A stretch of 58,535 bases of DNA, counting the filler, from Sphacelaria rigidula (lineage: Eukaryota), in assembly GCA_964200075.2 (NCBI GenBank). It is 4 parts of 4 records of this genome, joined end to end, with 100 filler letters (N's around TTAATTAATTAA, not from the genome) between each part and the next. Parts side by side here need not be neighbours in the genome. Positions count along the whole stretch, not along the records: positions 1 to 14,561 come from CAXNAA020002180.1; positions 14,662 to 29,220 come from CAXNAA020002181.1; 2 more parts are not named here. One strand, given 5' to 3'. The notes below the pieces were generated by a model. The model saw nothing but the letters and a program-made list of their open reading frames with translations, searched no databases and was not told where the DNA came from. Both the position numbers and the translations under genes were made by a program. Position 1 is the stretch's first letter, and every line of letters starts with the position of its first letter. This document shows positions 11,294 to 21,650 of this stretch, piece after piece.

Positions 11294-11873
11294 ATGGAGG
11301 CAGCCTCTTTTTCTCCGGAGTGTGCACCCCCAACAAAAGCTCCGATCATTCTGCAAAGCGTGCCAACTGGCTTTCACACATTGCTCACGGCAGACTTCCC
11401 GCCGTTTTGGATTTGTGCTACCGTGAACAGTGAGTCTTCGCAAGAAGCACCACGCGAAGGACCTGACGGCCGACGTCGCAAAAGAGAGGTGCATCACCAA
11501 GCGCTGCTCCGAGCCGCCACATCACGGTACACAGGGCTACTCGGCGGAGTTCTGCTCCTAACATGCGACGGCGAGAGTGGTGAATGTGAAGAACAAGTGC
11601 GTTGACGAGGGCTGCTCCTTCAGACAGTCTCAAAGAGTAGCTGGGGGCAAGGAGGCGGAGTTCTGCTGTAAGCACGCCAGGGCGGGGATGGTAAACGTTG
11701 TGAACGAAAGTGCGGAAAAAAGGGTTGCTCAAAGCATTGTTCTTTTGGTGTAGTGGAAAGCAAGAATGCCGTTTGAGCACTCTAGGGCGAGAATGGTCAA
11801 TGTGGTCAACAAGAGGTGCGAAGACAAACGCTGCTTCAAACAGCCGTCTCAAGGAGTAGCTTGAAGCAAGAAG
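11294..11873 (+). pseudogene. Decayed 5' part of the EsV-1-7 repeat gene (probable original ATG plus ~4 broken repeats)
   Basis: GCGGAGTTCTGC (AEFC) and ATGGT.AAYGT (MVNV) units persist but are interrupted by frameshifts and stops (TAA ~11559, TGA 11862). Confidence 0.75.
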
Positions 11874-14522
11874 GTGGAGTTCTGCTTTGAGCGTACCAGG
11901 GCGGGAATGGCGGATGTTGCGAACAAGAGGTGCGGCGACGAGAGCTGCTCGAAGCATCCGTCTTTTGGTCTGGTAGGTAGCAAGAAGGCCGAGTTCTGCT
12001 CTGACCACGCCAGGTCGGGGATGGTTAATGTGGCGAGCAAGAGGTGCAGCGACGAGGGCTGCCTCACTCAGGCGTATTTTGGTCTAGTAGGAAGCAAGAA
12101 GGCCGAGTTCTGCTTTGAGCATGCCAGGACGGGGATGGCGAATGTTGTGCACAAGAAGTTTGGCCACGAGAGCTGCCCCAAACAGCCGTCTTTTGGTGTA
12201 GTGGGAAGCAAGAAAACGGAGTTTTGCTGTAAGCATGCCGGGGCCGGGATGGTAGACGTGAGAAGCAACAAGTGCGGCTACGAGGGCTGCTTCACGGAGC
12301 CGTCGCATGGTGTTGTGGGAAGCAAGAAGGCGGAGTTGTGCTCCAAACATGCCATGGCGGGGATGGTAAATGTGTTAAAAAAGGGGTGCGGCTACGAGGG
12401 CTGCTCGAAACATCCGTCCTTCGGTATAGCGGGAAGCAAGAAAGCGGAGTTTTGCTGTGAGCATGCCATGGCCGGGATGGTGGACGTGAGAAGCAAGAAG
12501 TGCGGCTACGAGGGCTGCTCCACGAAGCCGTCTTTCGGTTTAGTGGGAAGCAAGAACGGGGAGTTCTGCTCCAAGCACGCCATGGCGGGGATGGTGAGTG
12601 TGCGCAACAAGAAGTGCGGCTACGAGGGCTGCTCGACACAGGCGTCTCATGGATTGGTGGGCAGCAAGAAGGCGGAATTCTGCTTCGAGCATGCCAGGAC
12701 GGGAATGGTGAATGTTGGGAACAAGAAGTGCGGCTTCGAGGGCTGCTCCCTTCAGGCGTCTTTTGGTGTAAAGGGAAGCGAGAGAGCGGAGTTCTGCTCC
12801 AAGCATGCCAGGCCGGGGATGGTGGACGTGGGAAGCAAAAAGTGCGGCTACGAGGGCTGCTCCACGAAGCCATCTTATGGTGTGGTGGGAGACAAGAAAG
12901 CGGAGTTCTGCTTCAAGCATGCCATGGCGGGGATGGTGAATATCCGAGTTGGTATATGCGGCTACGAGGGCTGCTCCACGAAGCCAGCTTATGGTGTAGT
13001 GGGAAACAAGAAGGCGGAGTTCTGCTGCAAGCACGCCATTGCGGGAATGGTGGATGTTCGAGTTGGTACGTGCGGCTACCAGGGCTGCTCAAAACACCCG
13101 TCTATCGGTTCAGCGGGAAGCAAGAATGCGGAGTTCTGCTCCAAGCATGCCAGGTCAGGGATGGTTGATGTTGTGAACAAGAACTACAGCAACGAAGGAT
13201 GCTCCACGAAAGCGTCTTTTGGTGTAGCGGGAAGCAAGAAAGCGGAGTTCTGCTCCAAGCATGCCATGGCGGGAATGGTGAATTTGGTGAGCAAGAAGTG
13301 CGGCCACGATGGCTGCTCGACTCACGCGTCGTTTGGTGTAGTAGGAGGCAAGAAGGCGGAGTTCTGCTCCAAGCATGCCATGGCAGGGATGGTGAATGTC
13401 CGCGTTGGTATGTGCGGCCAAGACGGCTGCTCAAAGTATCCGTCTTTCGGTGTAGCGGGAAGCAAGAAGGCGGAGTTCTGCTTCAAGCATGCCATAGCGG
13501 GGATGGTGAATGTTCGAGTTAGTATGTGCGGCTATGAGGACTGCTCGACTCAGGCGTATTTTGGTGTGGTGGGAAGAAAGAAGGCGGAGTTTTGCTCCAA
13601 GCATGCCATGGCTGGGATGGTAAATGTCCGAGCTATCATGTGCGGCTATGAGAGCTGCTCAAAGCGTCCGTCTTTTGGTGCAGCCGGAAGCAAGGCGAAG
13701 TTCTGCTCCAAGCATGTCATGGCGGGGATGATGAATGTCCAAGTTGGTACGTGCGGCTACAAGGGCTGCTCTACTCGGCCGTCTTTTAGTGTTGTGGGAA
13801 GCAAGAAGGCGGAGTTCTGCTGCAAGCATGCCATTGCGGGGATGGTGGACGTGAAAAACAAGAAGAGCGGCTGGGAGGGCTGTTCTACTCAGGCATCTTA
13901 TGGAGTAGCTGGAAGCAAGGCGGAGTTCTGCTTCGAGCATTCCAGGGCGGAAATGATGAATGTTGTGAGCAAGACGTGCAGCTATGACGGCTGCTCTACT
14001 AAGGCGTTATATCGTTTAGTGGGAAGCAACAAGGCGGATGCCTGCTCCAAGCATGCCAGGGCAGAAATGTTGGATGTGGTGAACAAGAACTACAGCAACG
14101 AGGGATGCTCCAGCAGGTGGTCGTACGGTGTCGCGGGCAGCGCAAAGGCAGAGTTCTGCTCTGAGCATGCCACGGCGGTAATGGTGAATATGGGGAGCAA
14201 AACGTGCGGTGCAGTGGGGTGCTCCAAATGGGTTATCCACAAGAAGCACACCGTTGGTGAGGCGACGGTTTGCCGAGAACACGCTAGTGCACGCAACACA
14301 GCTGCGGTGTCTGATACCGCGAAGCTCAACACTGGGGAGGGCGCCCCCGGCCGTGGCCCGACGGAGGCCAGTGGAGAACGCGTTGCTGATGTACGAGGAA
14401 CAAAACGCACGCGCGCGGCATTCTCGGGCCCTGTTGCAAACGACTTTGGTGCTCGCCGCAATGCCGATGCCGGTCCCAGGCAGGGTGTAAGAATGCCGTT
14501 AACAACAAATTGTGAGAATTGA
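11874..14522 (+). CDS. EsV-1-7 cysteine-rich repeat protein, ~21 tandem 38-aa repeats, intronless ORF
   Basis: 882-codon ORF of GMVNVxxKKCGYEGCSxxPSFGVVGSKKAEFCSKHA units (C-x4-C-x16-C-x2-H), the EsV-1-7 motif of phaeoviruses and brown algae; first in-frame ATG at 11907; low-complexity basic C-terminus. May be part of a pseudogene. Confidence 0.9.
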   Translation: MEFCFERTRAGMADVANKRCGDESCSKHPSFGLVGSKKAEFCSDHARSGMVNVASKRCSDEGCLTQAYFGLVGSKKAEFCFEHARTGMANVVHKKFGHESCPKQPSFGVVGSKKTEFCCKHAGAGMVDVRSNKCGYEGCFTEPSHGVVGSKKAELCSKHAMAGMVNVLKKGCGYEGCSKHPSFGIAGSKKAEFCCEHAMAGMVDVRSKKCGYEGCSTKPSFGLVGSKNGEFCSKHAMAGMVSVRNKKCGYEGCSTQASHGLVGSKKAEFCFEHARTGMVNVGNKKCGFEGCSLQASFGVKGSERAEFCSKHARPGMVDVGSKKCGYEGCSTKPSYGVVGDKKAEFCFKHAMAGMVNIRVGICGYEGCSTKPAYGVVGNKKAEFCCKHAIAGMVDVRVGTCGYQGCSKHPSIGSAGSKNAEFCSKHARSGMVDVVNKNYSNEGCSTKASFGVAGSKKAEFCSKHAMAGMVNLVSKKCGHDGCSTHASFGVVGGKKAEFCSKHAMAGMVNVRVGMCGQDGCSKYPSFGVAGSKKAEFCFKHAIAGMVNVRVSMCGYEDCSTQAYFGVVGRKKAEFCSKHAMAGMVNVRAIMCGYESCSKRPSFGAAGSKAKFCSKHVMAGMMNVQVGTCGYKGCSTRPSFSVVGSKKAEFCCKHAIAGMVDVKNKKSGWEGCSTQASYGVAGSKAEFCFEHSRAEMMNVVSKTCSYDGCSTKALYRLVGSNKADACSKHARAEMLDVVNKNYSNEGCSSRWSYGVAGSAKAEFCSEHATAVMVNMGSKTCGAVGCSKWVIHKKHTVGEATVCREHASARNTAAVSDTAKLNTGEGAPGRGPTEASGERVADVRGTKRTRAAFSGPVANDFGARRNADAGPRQGVRMPLTTNCEN

Positions 14523-14561
14523 GGTTTAACTTCGAGATGAGGCTCAAGCCTAAAACAGTGC

Positions 14562-14661
14562 NNNNNNNNNNNNNNNNNNNNNNNNNNNNNNNNNNNNNNN
14601 NNNNNTTAATTAATTAANNNNNNNNNNNNNNNNNNNNNNNNNNNNNNNNNNNNNNNNNNNN
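14562..14661. other. Artificial contig linker (N44-TTAATTAATTAA-N44)
   Basis: Identical 100-nt spacer occurs three times; the 12-mer gives stops in all six frames. Confidence 0.97.
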
Positions 14662-17600
14662 TTTTTGCTGTTCTTCAACTCGCTCTATCTTCCGTTTTTT
14701 TTTTTTTTTTTTTTCCCTCTGCACCCCTCACAGGGTTGCGTAGATTGATGATGAAAATGTCGTGTCAAAATTTCAGCGCCTAACTCTTCGAATTGCCAAA
14801 AGCATCTCCACTCTTCGTTTCAAAATCACTGATGGCCGGCCCAGCTCGTACTATGAAAGTAAATCCGTACCTATGAGCCCGCCGCTACATTTAACATATC
14901 TCACCCTTTTCTCCTTTTGTTTTTCACCAGGTGCATACAAGGTACACTTTTGTGCCCATTACTAGAACGCACAGTACTGACAGAAAGTAGTGCAACGTAT
15001 ACACAAGGGTCTGTCGAAAAAAGAATTCTGGACACGTAAGCCCCAAGATCGAAAATTTGAGTTTTTGAAGGACGGGAGGGGGGGGGGTTGCACTCAATAT
15101 ATCGCGAGCAGAGGCACTAAAGGCACCAAATCTGGATTTCGCGCCTCACTTTTGAGAGTTGCGCTTCGAAACTCAGCATGAAGTATCGCAAGGGCAAAAT
15201 AAAACAAAACGTCCGGGACCTTGGGATTTTTTGTTCATTCAAGAGTTCAGCACAGGATGGTGAAAAATGGATGTAATGGTTTCCTTTAACTAAGTTCCTC
15301 AGCTTGGTTTTTAGAGTTGAGCTTTGAAATTTGGCATATAGAATCGCACGGGAACACTGAAAACAAAACAAAACTGGGCCTTGTTTTTTTTTCTTCGTGA
15401 GTTGAGGAAGTTTTCGTGAAAATGGTCCTTGTTGGTCGAGCCCGGGATTATCCCACGCGATAGCTATCCTGGGGATGAAACAACAGCACGCTTCGAGCAA
15501 AAGAACGCCGTGGTTGAGTGCGCGGCGTGATAGTGGTGCAACCGGCTTCTTGCGAGGGTAGCAGTAAGGTCGTAAATTCACGCGAACGTCCTCAGGTGTG
15601 TGGTACCGCCGCTGTGGATGAGGTATGCCGATTTCTCTCGCAAGCCGCACACGGGAAGATACTCCTCTTGTGCATCGAAGCAGCAGGCGCTCCGCAGCTA
15701 CCGGAAGCAGGCATCACTCCAGGATCGACGGAGTCGGCTACGGCCATGCTCTTCCCGATTAGCCCTCAGCACGAAGAAGAGGCTGTGTCGCGCGGTCGTT
15801 GCCTGGCTCGGTCGGGTTACCCGGTCGCATCCAAGGGTTGATGGATGAGGGATGGAAAATGAATGTGCCCCTGTGACACGCAGTATACTGTATGACGGGC
15901 GTTGACAACACGAGAGCTTAGGCCACTTCTTCTCATGTCTCCGGAGAAAAAATCCTGTTGAAATCTGCCTTTTGGGCCCTTCTCCGTTTTACGCCCTAAA
16001 CGAGGACCAGGCGGATGTTGACACCTTGGCACGACTTGCTCCGCTCGTCGAGACTGTTCCAGGGCACCTTTGCGTTTTCCGATGGTTGCAGTTATTTCAT
16101 CACCAAACTTGCATTTTCAGTAGCAAACGGTCGAGTTTTGAAAGAAAAGGAGGAAAAGCCGCCAGATTTTTAATCAATTGACCGCTTGTTATATTGAAAG
16201 CGCAATCTTGGCCAACGAAAAAATTGCGGCCACCGGAAAACGCAACGGTGCCCTGGAATGGTCTTGACGAGTAGAGCAAGTCATTGTACGGTGTCAACAT
16301 CCGCCTAGCCCTCACACGGAGGCGTAAAACCACGCAGGAGTACCAAAAAGGCAGTTTTCAGTGAGACATGTATTTTTCAACGCATAATAGGTGGCCTTAC
16401 GACACGGAAAAATCCAAGAGACAATTTTTCACAGTGAGCGATGAACGGAGAATGGCCAACGTGGAGGGAGCGAGCATGAAAAGTCATCCCGGGAGCTTTT
16501 AATAGGTGGTGAACAAGAGTCAACCGCGCTTGTCGTATATACCCTGTACGTTGTGTACAATAGGAGCCAGGAACGCTCAACACCTCGACATGAAGGCAAT
16601 TACGGAGGCAAAGGAACACAGACGAACCGCAGGCATCGGAAATAATTAATGGCAGCGCCTGTTTAAGACAACCACCTACCCGTTGACATGGAGCGGTGCA
16701 CGAAGCGAGTCATATCGGTTGCCATGGTGACCGATATCCTAGCTGCGATGATAGGGTACCCCTGCATGTACAGCGCCGTCAGTTGGGGATCCTCAGAACG
16801 GTAGCTGTGCTCTCTGTTTTTATACCCCCTGTTATAATTTTGCCTTTTTCGGTTGGTGCTCTGAAGAACCGTCCAGCGCGCACCTGCCAATCAGCAGTCG
16901 CGCGTTCAACCGTTCCATTGACTTCCTGCCAAACTAAGCATGAGAAAACGAAAAAAAACAATTGCCAGACAAATGTATCTGTATTCGATCGATGTCGATA
17001 AGCCGACGTACGTCCGCGCACTTGCCTGCAGTTTGTCCTTTTTCCCGACCTTGTATCCTTACCTCGAAACCTCACGTCCACGATAAATTCTTACTCAGAA
17101 ACCCCCCTGGCACGGTGTTCCGCCTACTTCGAGCATAGAAATGGCATCACGTTTGAGCATTCTTCGCGGTAAACTAGGCAGCGCATGAAATGAAGTGGGG
17201 TGCGGCTGGCTTGCATCAACTATTCACAGACATGCCTACATGCTGGAGTCGATTTTTCCACAGTACTTCCAGCTATTTCAAGGTGCCTTCATGGCCGTCT
17301 CTAACTGCGCGCCAGCCATGGCCACAGGGACACACGGCACTGCTAAGGGCAGCCTTAATGATGCAGAGAACAAGCCCCAGTGGAAAACTGACACTGAGCA
17401 GGACAAAACGGGTTCATGGGATGGCTCTGCGAGCTGCTCATGGGCTTTCAGGTCGTGCCTCGACCCAAATTTTTGCGAAGCGGTTTCTGAGCCAAGTCCG
17501 TTCATTTTGTGTGTTTTGGAGAGGTCTGGGCCCACACAAGAGAATTATCGAAGGACCGAACGGAAGTTTGACCGCGTGAAGTACTGCAGGACCTAGTTTA

Positions 17601-17689
17601 TGTGACAACGGCAATGAATTAGAGGACATTTGACCGGCTCATGATGTATGAGTGTGTTTGGTTTCTGCTCAAGACCTTCGCCACAGAAG

Positions 17690-17945
17690 TCATTTCTACT
17701 TTTTTTTTCTTCTTATTTTCTCTTTGTTGTTGTTTTTTCTTCTCCTTTTTCTTTTTCTTTTCATTTCTCTTCTTTTTTCTGTCTTCTCTCTCCGTTCTTT
17801 TTTCTGTATTTTTTTTTTCTTCGTTTTTCTTCAGCGAGTGTTTCGGTTTTGTTTTGTCTCCGGCACGTCCATCATCCGACCACGGCCGGATCCCTGGGAG
17901 GGGTCAGTTCAAGTACGACAATCAATCGAACGAGAAAACAAAATC
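17690..17945 (+). repeat. Dispersed repeat family C, copy 2
   Basis: T-rich tract, then GACCACGGCCGGATCCCTGGGAGGGGTCAGTTCAAGTACGACAATCAATC. Confidence 0.75.
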
Positions 17946-19215
17946 GAATCGTGCTAATGTTTTTTCATGTACGTACGGCCGCTCTTGCCACCATCCATGG
18001 AGCGCCCAAGCACCGGCGCATTTTAATCTGACGATAGTGCTTCCTCAGCGACGCAGAAGCTTTTACGGTTCGGACGAATCATCACGGGTTCGAACGACCA
18101 AATCCACAATTTCTCCGGCCTGATTGCCCAAAAGGGAGAGAAACGTTGACCGCTGGTCCAAGGGGTATCCACGCAACTTTTGCGCCATTCCACGTGTCTG
18201 GGCTGCGTGTACCNNNNNNNNNNAGCCTAGGGATTGATTCGTGCGATTCGAATCAACTACACTAAAACCAAGGAGTTTCCGGACGAATCATTGCTTTGTC
18301 CGACCCTTGAAAGCTTTCCTACCCTCGAGATACATTCAGCCCCACCGCTACCACACCCCGCGTGGGGAACAAGCTGAAGGCCGGCAATATGGTTAGGGAA
18401 TTTTGAAACAGCCGTATCTAGCAAAGATGCCACGCTTTGTGGTGGAGTCTCCTCGGTCTAGAGGCACTCGGCGCGCAGACAGCCAGGGCTGTCGAGAACC
18501 ATCGCCCGGATGGGTAGGGTGACTCGGGTGCAGAATCGAGCTGTGGGACATTGAAGAGAGGTTTGCTTGACGAGGAAGACCCTACCTAGTTGAGGACGAG
18601 GGTACTTTCAAGTTCGAGACTACCTGGGTGCGGGGGATATCCCCACCTTGGTGCCTACCCGGACATCGGACCACCTTGATGACTACTCAGTCTTTGGGGC
18701 TGCGTTCGCAGTGGAGGCAAAGCGCTGTACGAAACTAGAAATAGCGAAGTGCATGGTCCAGGTTCCTACCTGTCTCCTGAGGACGAAAAAAAAAGAAAAA
18801 GACAAGGTTCTACTTGGGGTTGTTCCTGGCAGCGTTTTCCGCTCAGCAATATGTTGGATTCGAGATCTTCAGACACTTTCTAGGAAAGTCCTCCCCCCCA
18901 AAAACCAGCCCGAAAGTGTTTAGAAAAAAATGGTCATACAGCGCCTGATGCTTGGGTTCAGGCTGCATGAAGCGCCTCATAAGGGCGAGAACCATCCCAA
19001 GCGTTGGAATCCCTAGCTGCTCGTTGTGCCGACTTTTTCAGATTCGATTTACGTCAAGGTTTTGCCTCCCCAAACCAGGCACTCTTTTGGGGAGGGCTAG
19101 CGTAGAAAGTGTCTTAACCAATTTGGGTATCAACCGAATCAAGAGAGCGTCAGTTGTGACCGTCCCTGTCATCTGCATGCATTTCACGTTATGCTCTCGG
19201 GCTTGATTCGCGCAG

Positions 19216-19389
19216 GCGGTGTGGCCTTCGTTTCTGGTGTCCCCAAGAACGGCGAGTATCATCGGCGCACCGGCTCAATTTGGACAGCCGCTTGTTGGAA
19301 CGGACAAAGGCCCCCAGCTGCTGCGAGATGCGGGGTTACATAAGAGCCTCATGGCACTTGGCTGGCGGGTGGAAGAGATGGGCGATGTG
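19216..19389 (+). CDS. Arginase, N-terminal internal exon (rest of gene not found in this contig)
   Basis: CAG|...|GTAAGG, 174 nt, phase 0/0; RTASIIGAPAQFGQPLVGTDKGPQLLRDAGL...VEEMGDV matches the arginase motif IIGAPFSxGQPxxGVxxGPxxLRxAGL...DYGDL. Confidence 0.85.
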
Positions 19390-19599
19390 GTAAGGATATG
19401 AGATAGGCTGCCGTGTTGAACTGAAAATACAGTTGGCCGAAATCTCTCTGTGATCGCTATTGAAGCCCGAAAATGCCATTTTCGGAAGGAATGATTTTCC
19501 CTGTTTCTACTTCTACGACATAACATGTGAAGAATGCTGAATATGAACTCTCTTTATCCTAAACAAGGTGGGAACCTAGAAGGTAGAGTTGGGAGAATG

Positions 19600-20010
19600 G
19601 GGAGGGGGGGGGTGCGTACTCATTTGTTGCTTGCCTTCGTCGTTCGACCGTTGACCACGCATTCCTTTCGAGACGGAGTGGGGCGGGGGGGGCATTCATG
19701 ATCTTGCATGCTGTCGTTATATAACCATTGGCCTCGCATCCCTACAAAGCCGGGATGGAGCACGCCGGGTTTCGCTGAACCAGGCTCGCTATCAATGACC
19801 AAGCGCGAAGCGCCGTGATGTGTTCGGCGAGTCTCATGAAGGGTGAGCTGCATCCTGCTAAAATTGTTCGGCCCGAAGCGTGCTGGTTATCTTGCATATG
19901 GATGGCAGCCTACAGTGAATTGCTGTTTATTTTCTGGTATCGCCACTTCCAGAGGCAGCCACGGCTTATACACTGTCTCATGGGTGTCTCACGATTTATA
20001 CACTACGTGG
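19600..20010 (-). mobile_element. Family B retroelement followed in tandem by a short family A 3' end, both with C-rich tails
   Basis: 19690-20010 aligns with 36370-36690 (reverse complement); 19615-19680 matches the family A terminus. Confidence 0.8.
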
Positions 20011-20700
20011 TATGGCTATCCTAAGGCTGTGAACTGGGCCAGTTTGTACTGTCAACTCAACTGGAACTGGAGTTGGAGTGGAACTGGCGACGAGGGCGCC
20101 AGTTTATCCAGTTCATTTGAGATTTTCCATTACCGGCAAATTTCATACCAATTTTGGTATGATTTTATAACAAAGATGCTCACACAATTACATACGATTT
20201 GACTGTACAATTGAGGCTTGCACTTAACAGTTGCAGAGGAATATGGGGTATCAATGGAGACAGAGGGCGCTTCAAAGGCGTCGACGGAAATTGTCTGCGT
20301 CATTGACCCATGGAGCAGCGGTGCGCAGCTTCATCCCTCGTCTCCCGTGTTCCGGTCTACTTGTATAGCATAGCTCGGGTGTTCTGTGGTAGTATCATAG
20401 CACATGAAGAACGGGCTTGCCCTGGGCCAATCACTAGCTGACTACTTCAGGTGTTCACTAGCTGACTTGTTGAGGTGTATTCTGCTTTTTCTGGTCCCGT
20501 GTGCTTCGTTGGTACCTCGTGGTTCTGCAGTTTTCCGTTTTTGTCGGCCGTAGCGTGTTGGTCGATACTGGTCCGTCGAATAAAAAAAATGAGAAAGGGA
20601 AAAGGTGTTGTGACTGATATGCGGTGAGATGCTCGGTGCGGAACTGCGAACGTCACTTGCCAGTTACCAATCGCATAATCAAGAGCGTTTTGAACATGAT

Positions 20701-20910
20701 GAAGGGCAGGTCGGATAGGGTTTACCCGATATTGTTGGTATTTTGAAACGTGGAGGTGTGACTCATGCTCACAGCAGCAGCCAGCCCGGCGCTGTTGTTC
20801 CCGTTTCTAGAGCTCATACATACAAGTCGCTGTGATTGACCTAAAAAGGTGATGTGCGACTTTTCAAAATACCGAAGTATCGGGTATACCCCACCCGACC
20901 TGCTGCCCTT
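20701..20910. mobile_element. Mutator-like MITE (~210 bp) with 9-11-bp TSD
   Basis: Imperfect ~30-bp TIR (AAGGGCAGGTCGG...TACCCGAT); GAACATGAT duplicated at 20692-20700 and 20911-20919. Confidence 0.75.
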
Positions 20911-21519
20911 GAACATGATACAGCACATGCTCACTGCCTCTCTAAGTGATGATATAGCGGATATATGTCAAGGTTTGTCTTCTCATTGCATGGCATCCGA
21001 TAACAAGAATAACAAGCGGTAACCCGCGACCACAACATGCAAAATATACCATGGCTTGCTATTCAACTATTTTACATGCGTGTTTGTCGGGCCGGACGCG
21101 TAAAATAATTTTGCGCTCTTATCCCCCTACGTGCTGCCAGCCTTGGCTTTCTTTCTCCCATCCTCCGCTCCTCACGGAGAGTCTCCGCTGCTGCATGCTA
21201 CAGAGGAATGATTTTCGAATTTCTCACCGCTTTGAATGGGATTCCAATGTCATCCAAGACTCTTTGCTCCTCAATAATGTGATGGGTCACATTTTTTACA
21301 AGTTCCCACATTTTTGAAGGCGGAACAAGCCCAACACCGCATTTCTTCTTGCCTCCGGCGGCGCTCCCGCGAGGACCCCTCACCAGCCGGGGGGGGGCAT
21401 TGGGGCTTGCGACTTCGCCGCTCGCCTCCGATGTTTTCCCAGTTAATCGGCGAAGTCAATTGACTAGAAAAACATAGATGTAATGGCCGCACCAGCGACC
21501 AGTCCACAGCCCTAGATTA

Positions 21520-21650
21520 TCCCCTTTGCGCGGAATTGAGGTTCCCCCACCCCGCACAATATCTAGCCCGACCACCATCATGGTTGCCGCAAAAAACGCA
21601 AGCGCGCGCAAAACCCCCCCGATAACCCTGGTCGCCTAGCTTAGGCATCG
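21520..21650 (-). repeat. Dispersed repeat, reverse complement of 36215-36345
   Basis: Shared GACCACCATCATGGTTGCCGCAAAAAA, CCCCTTTGCGCG and CCTGGT.GCCTAGCTTA; a family B fragment is adjacent at ~21700-21755. Confidence 0.75.

Noticed and set aside
11874-14522. Endogenous phaeovirus insertion
   Set aside because: No other viral genes nearby; EsV-1-7 genes are a resident expanded family in brown algae
9040-14522. Functional coupling of the phased arrays with the adjacent EsV-1-7 protein
   Set aside because: Only one co-occurrence in a TE-dense genome and the gene lies outside the TIRs; it would need recurrent linkage at other loci
11418-14547. Overlapping antisense and alternate-frame ORFs over the EsV-1-7 gene
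   Set aside because: Shadows of the 114-bp coding repeat
14606-14617. TTAATTAATTAA as a biological motif
   Set aside because: Embedded symmetrically in N-runs three times; an assembly linker
17641-18123. Phe-rich membrane-protein-like ORFs (also 3571-3804 and 41343-41630)
   Set aside because: Translations of the T-rich tract of repeat family C
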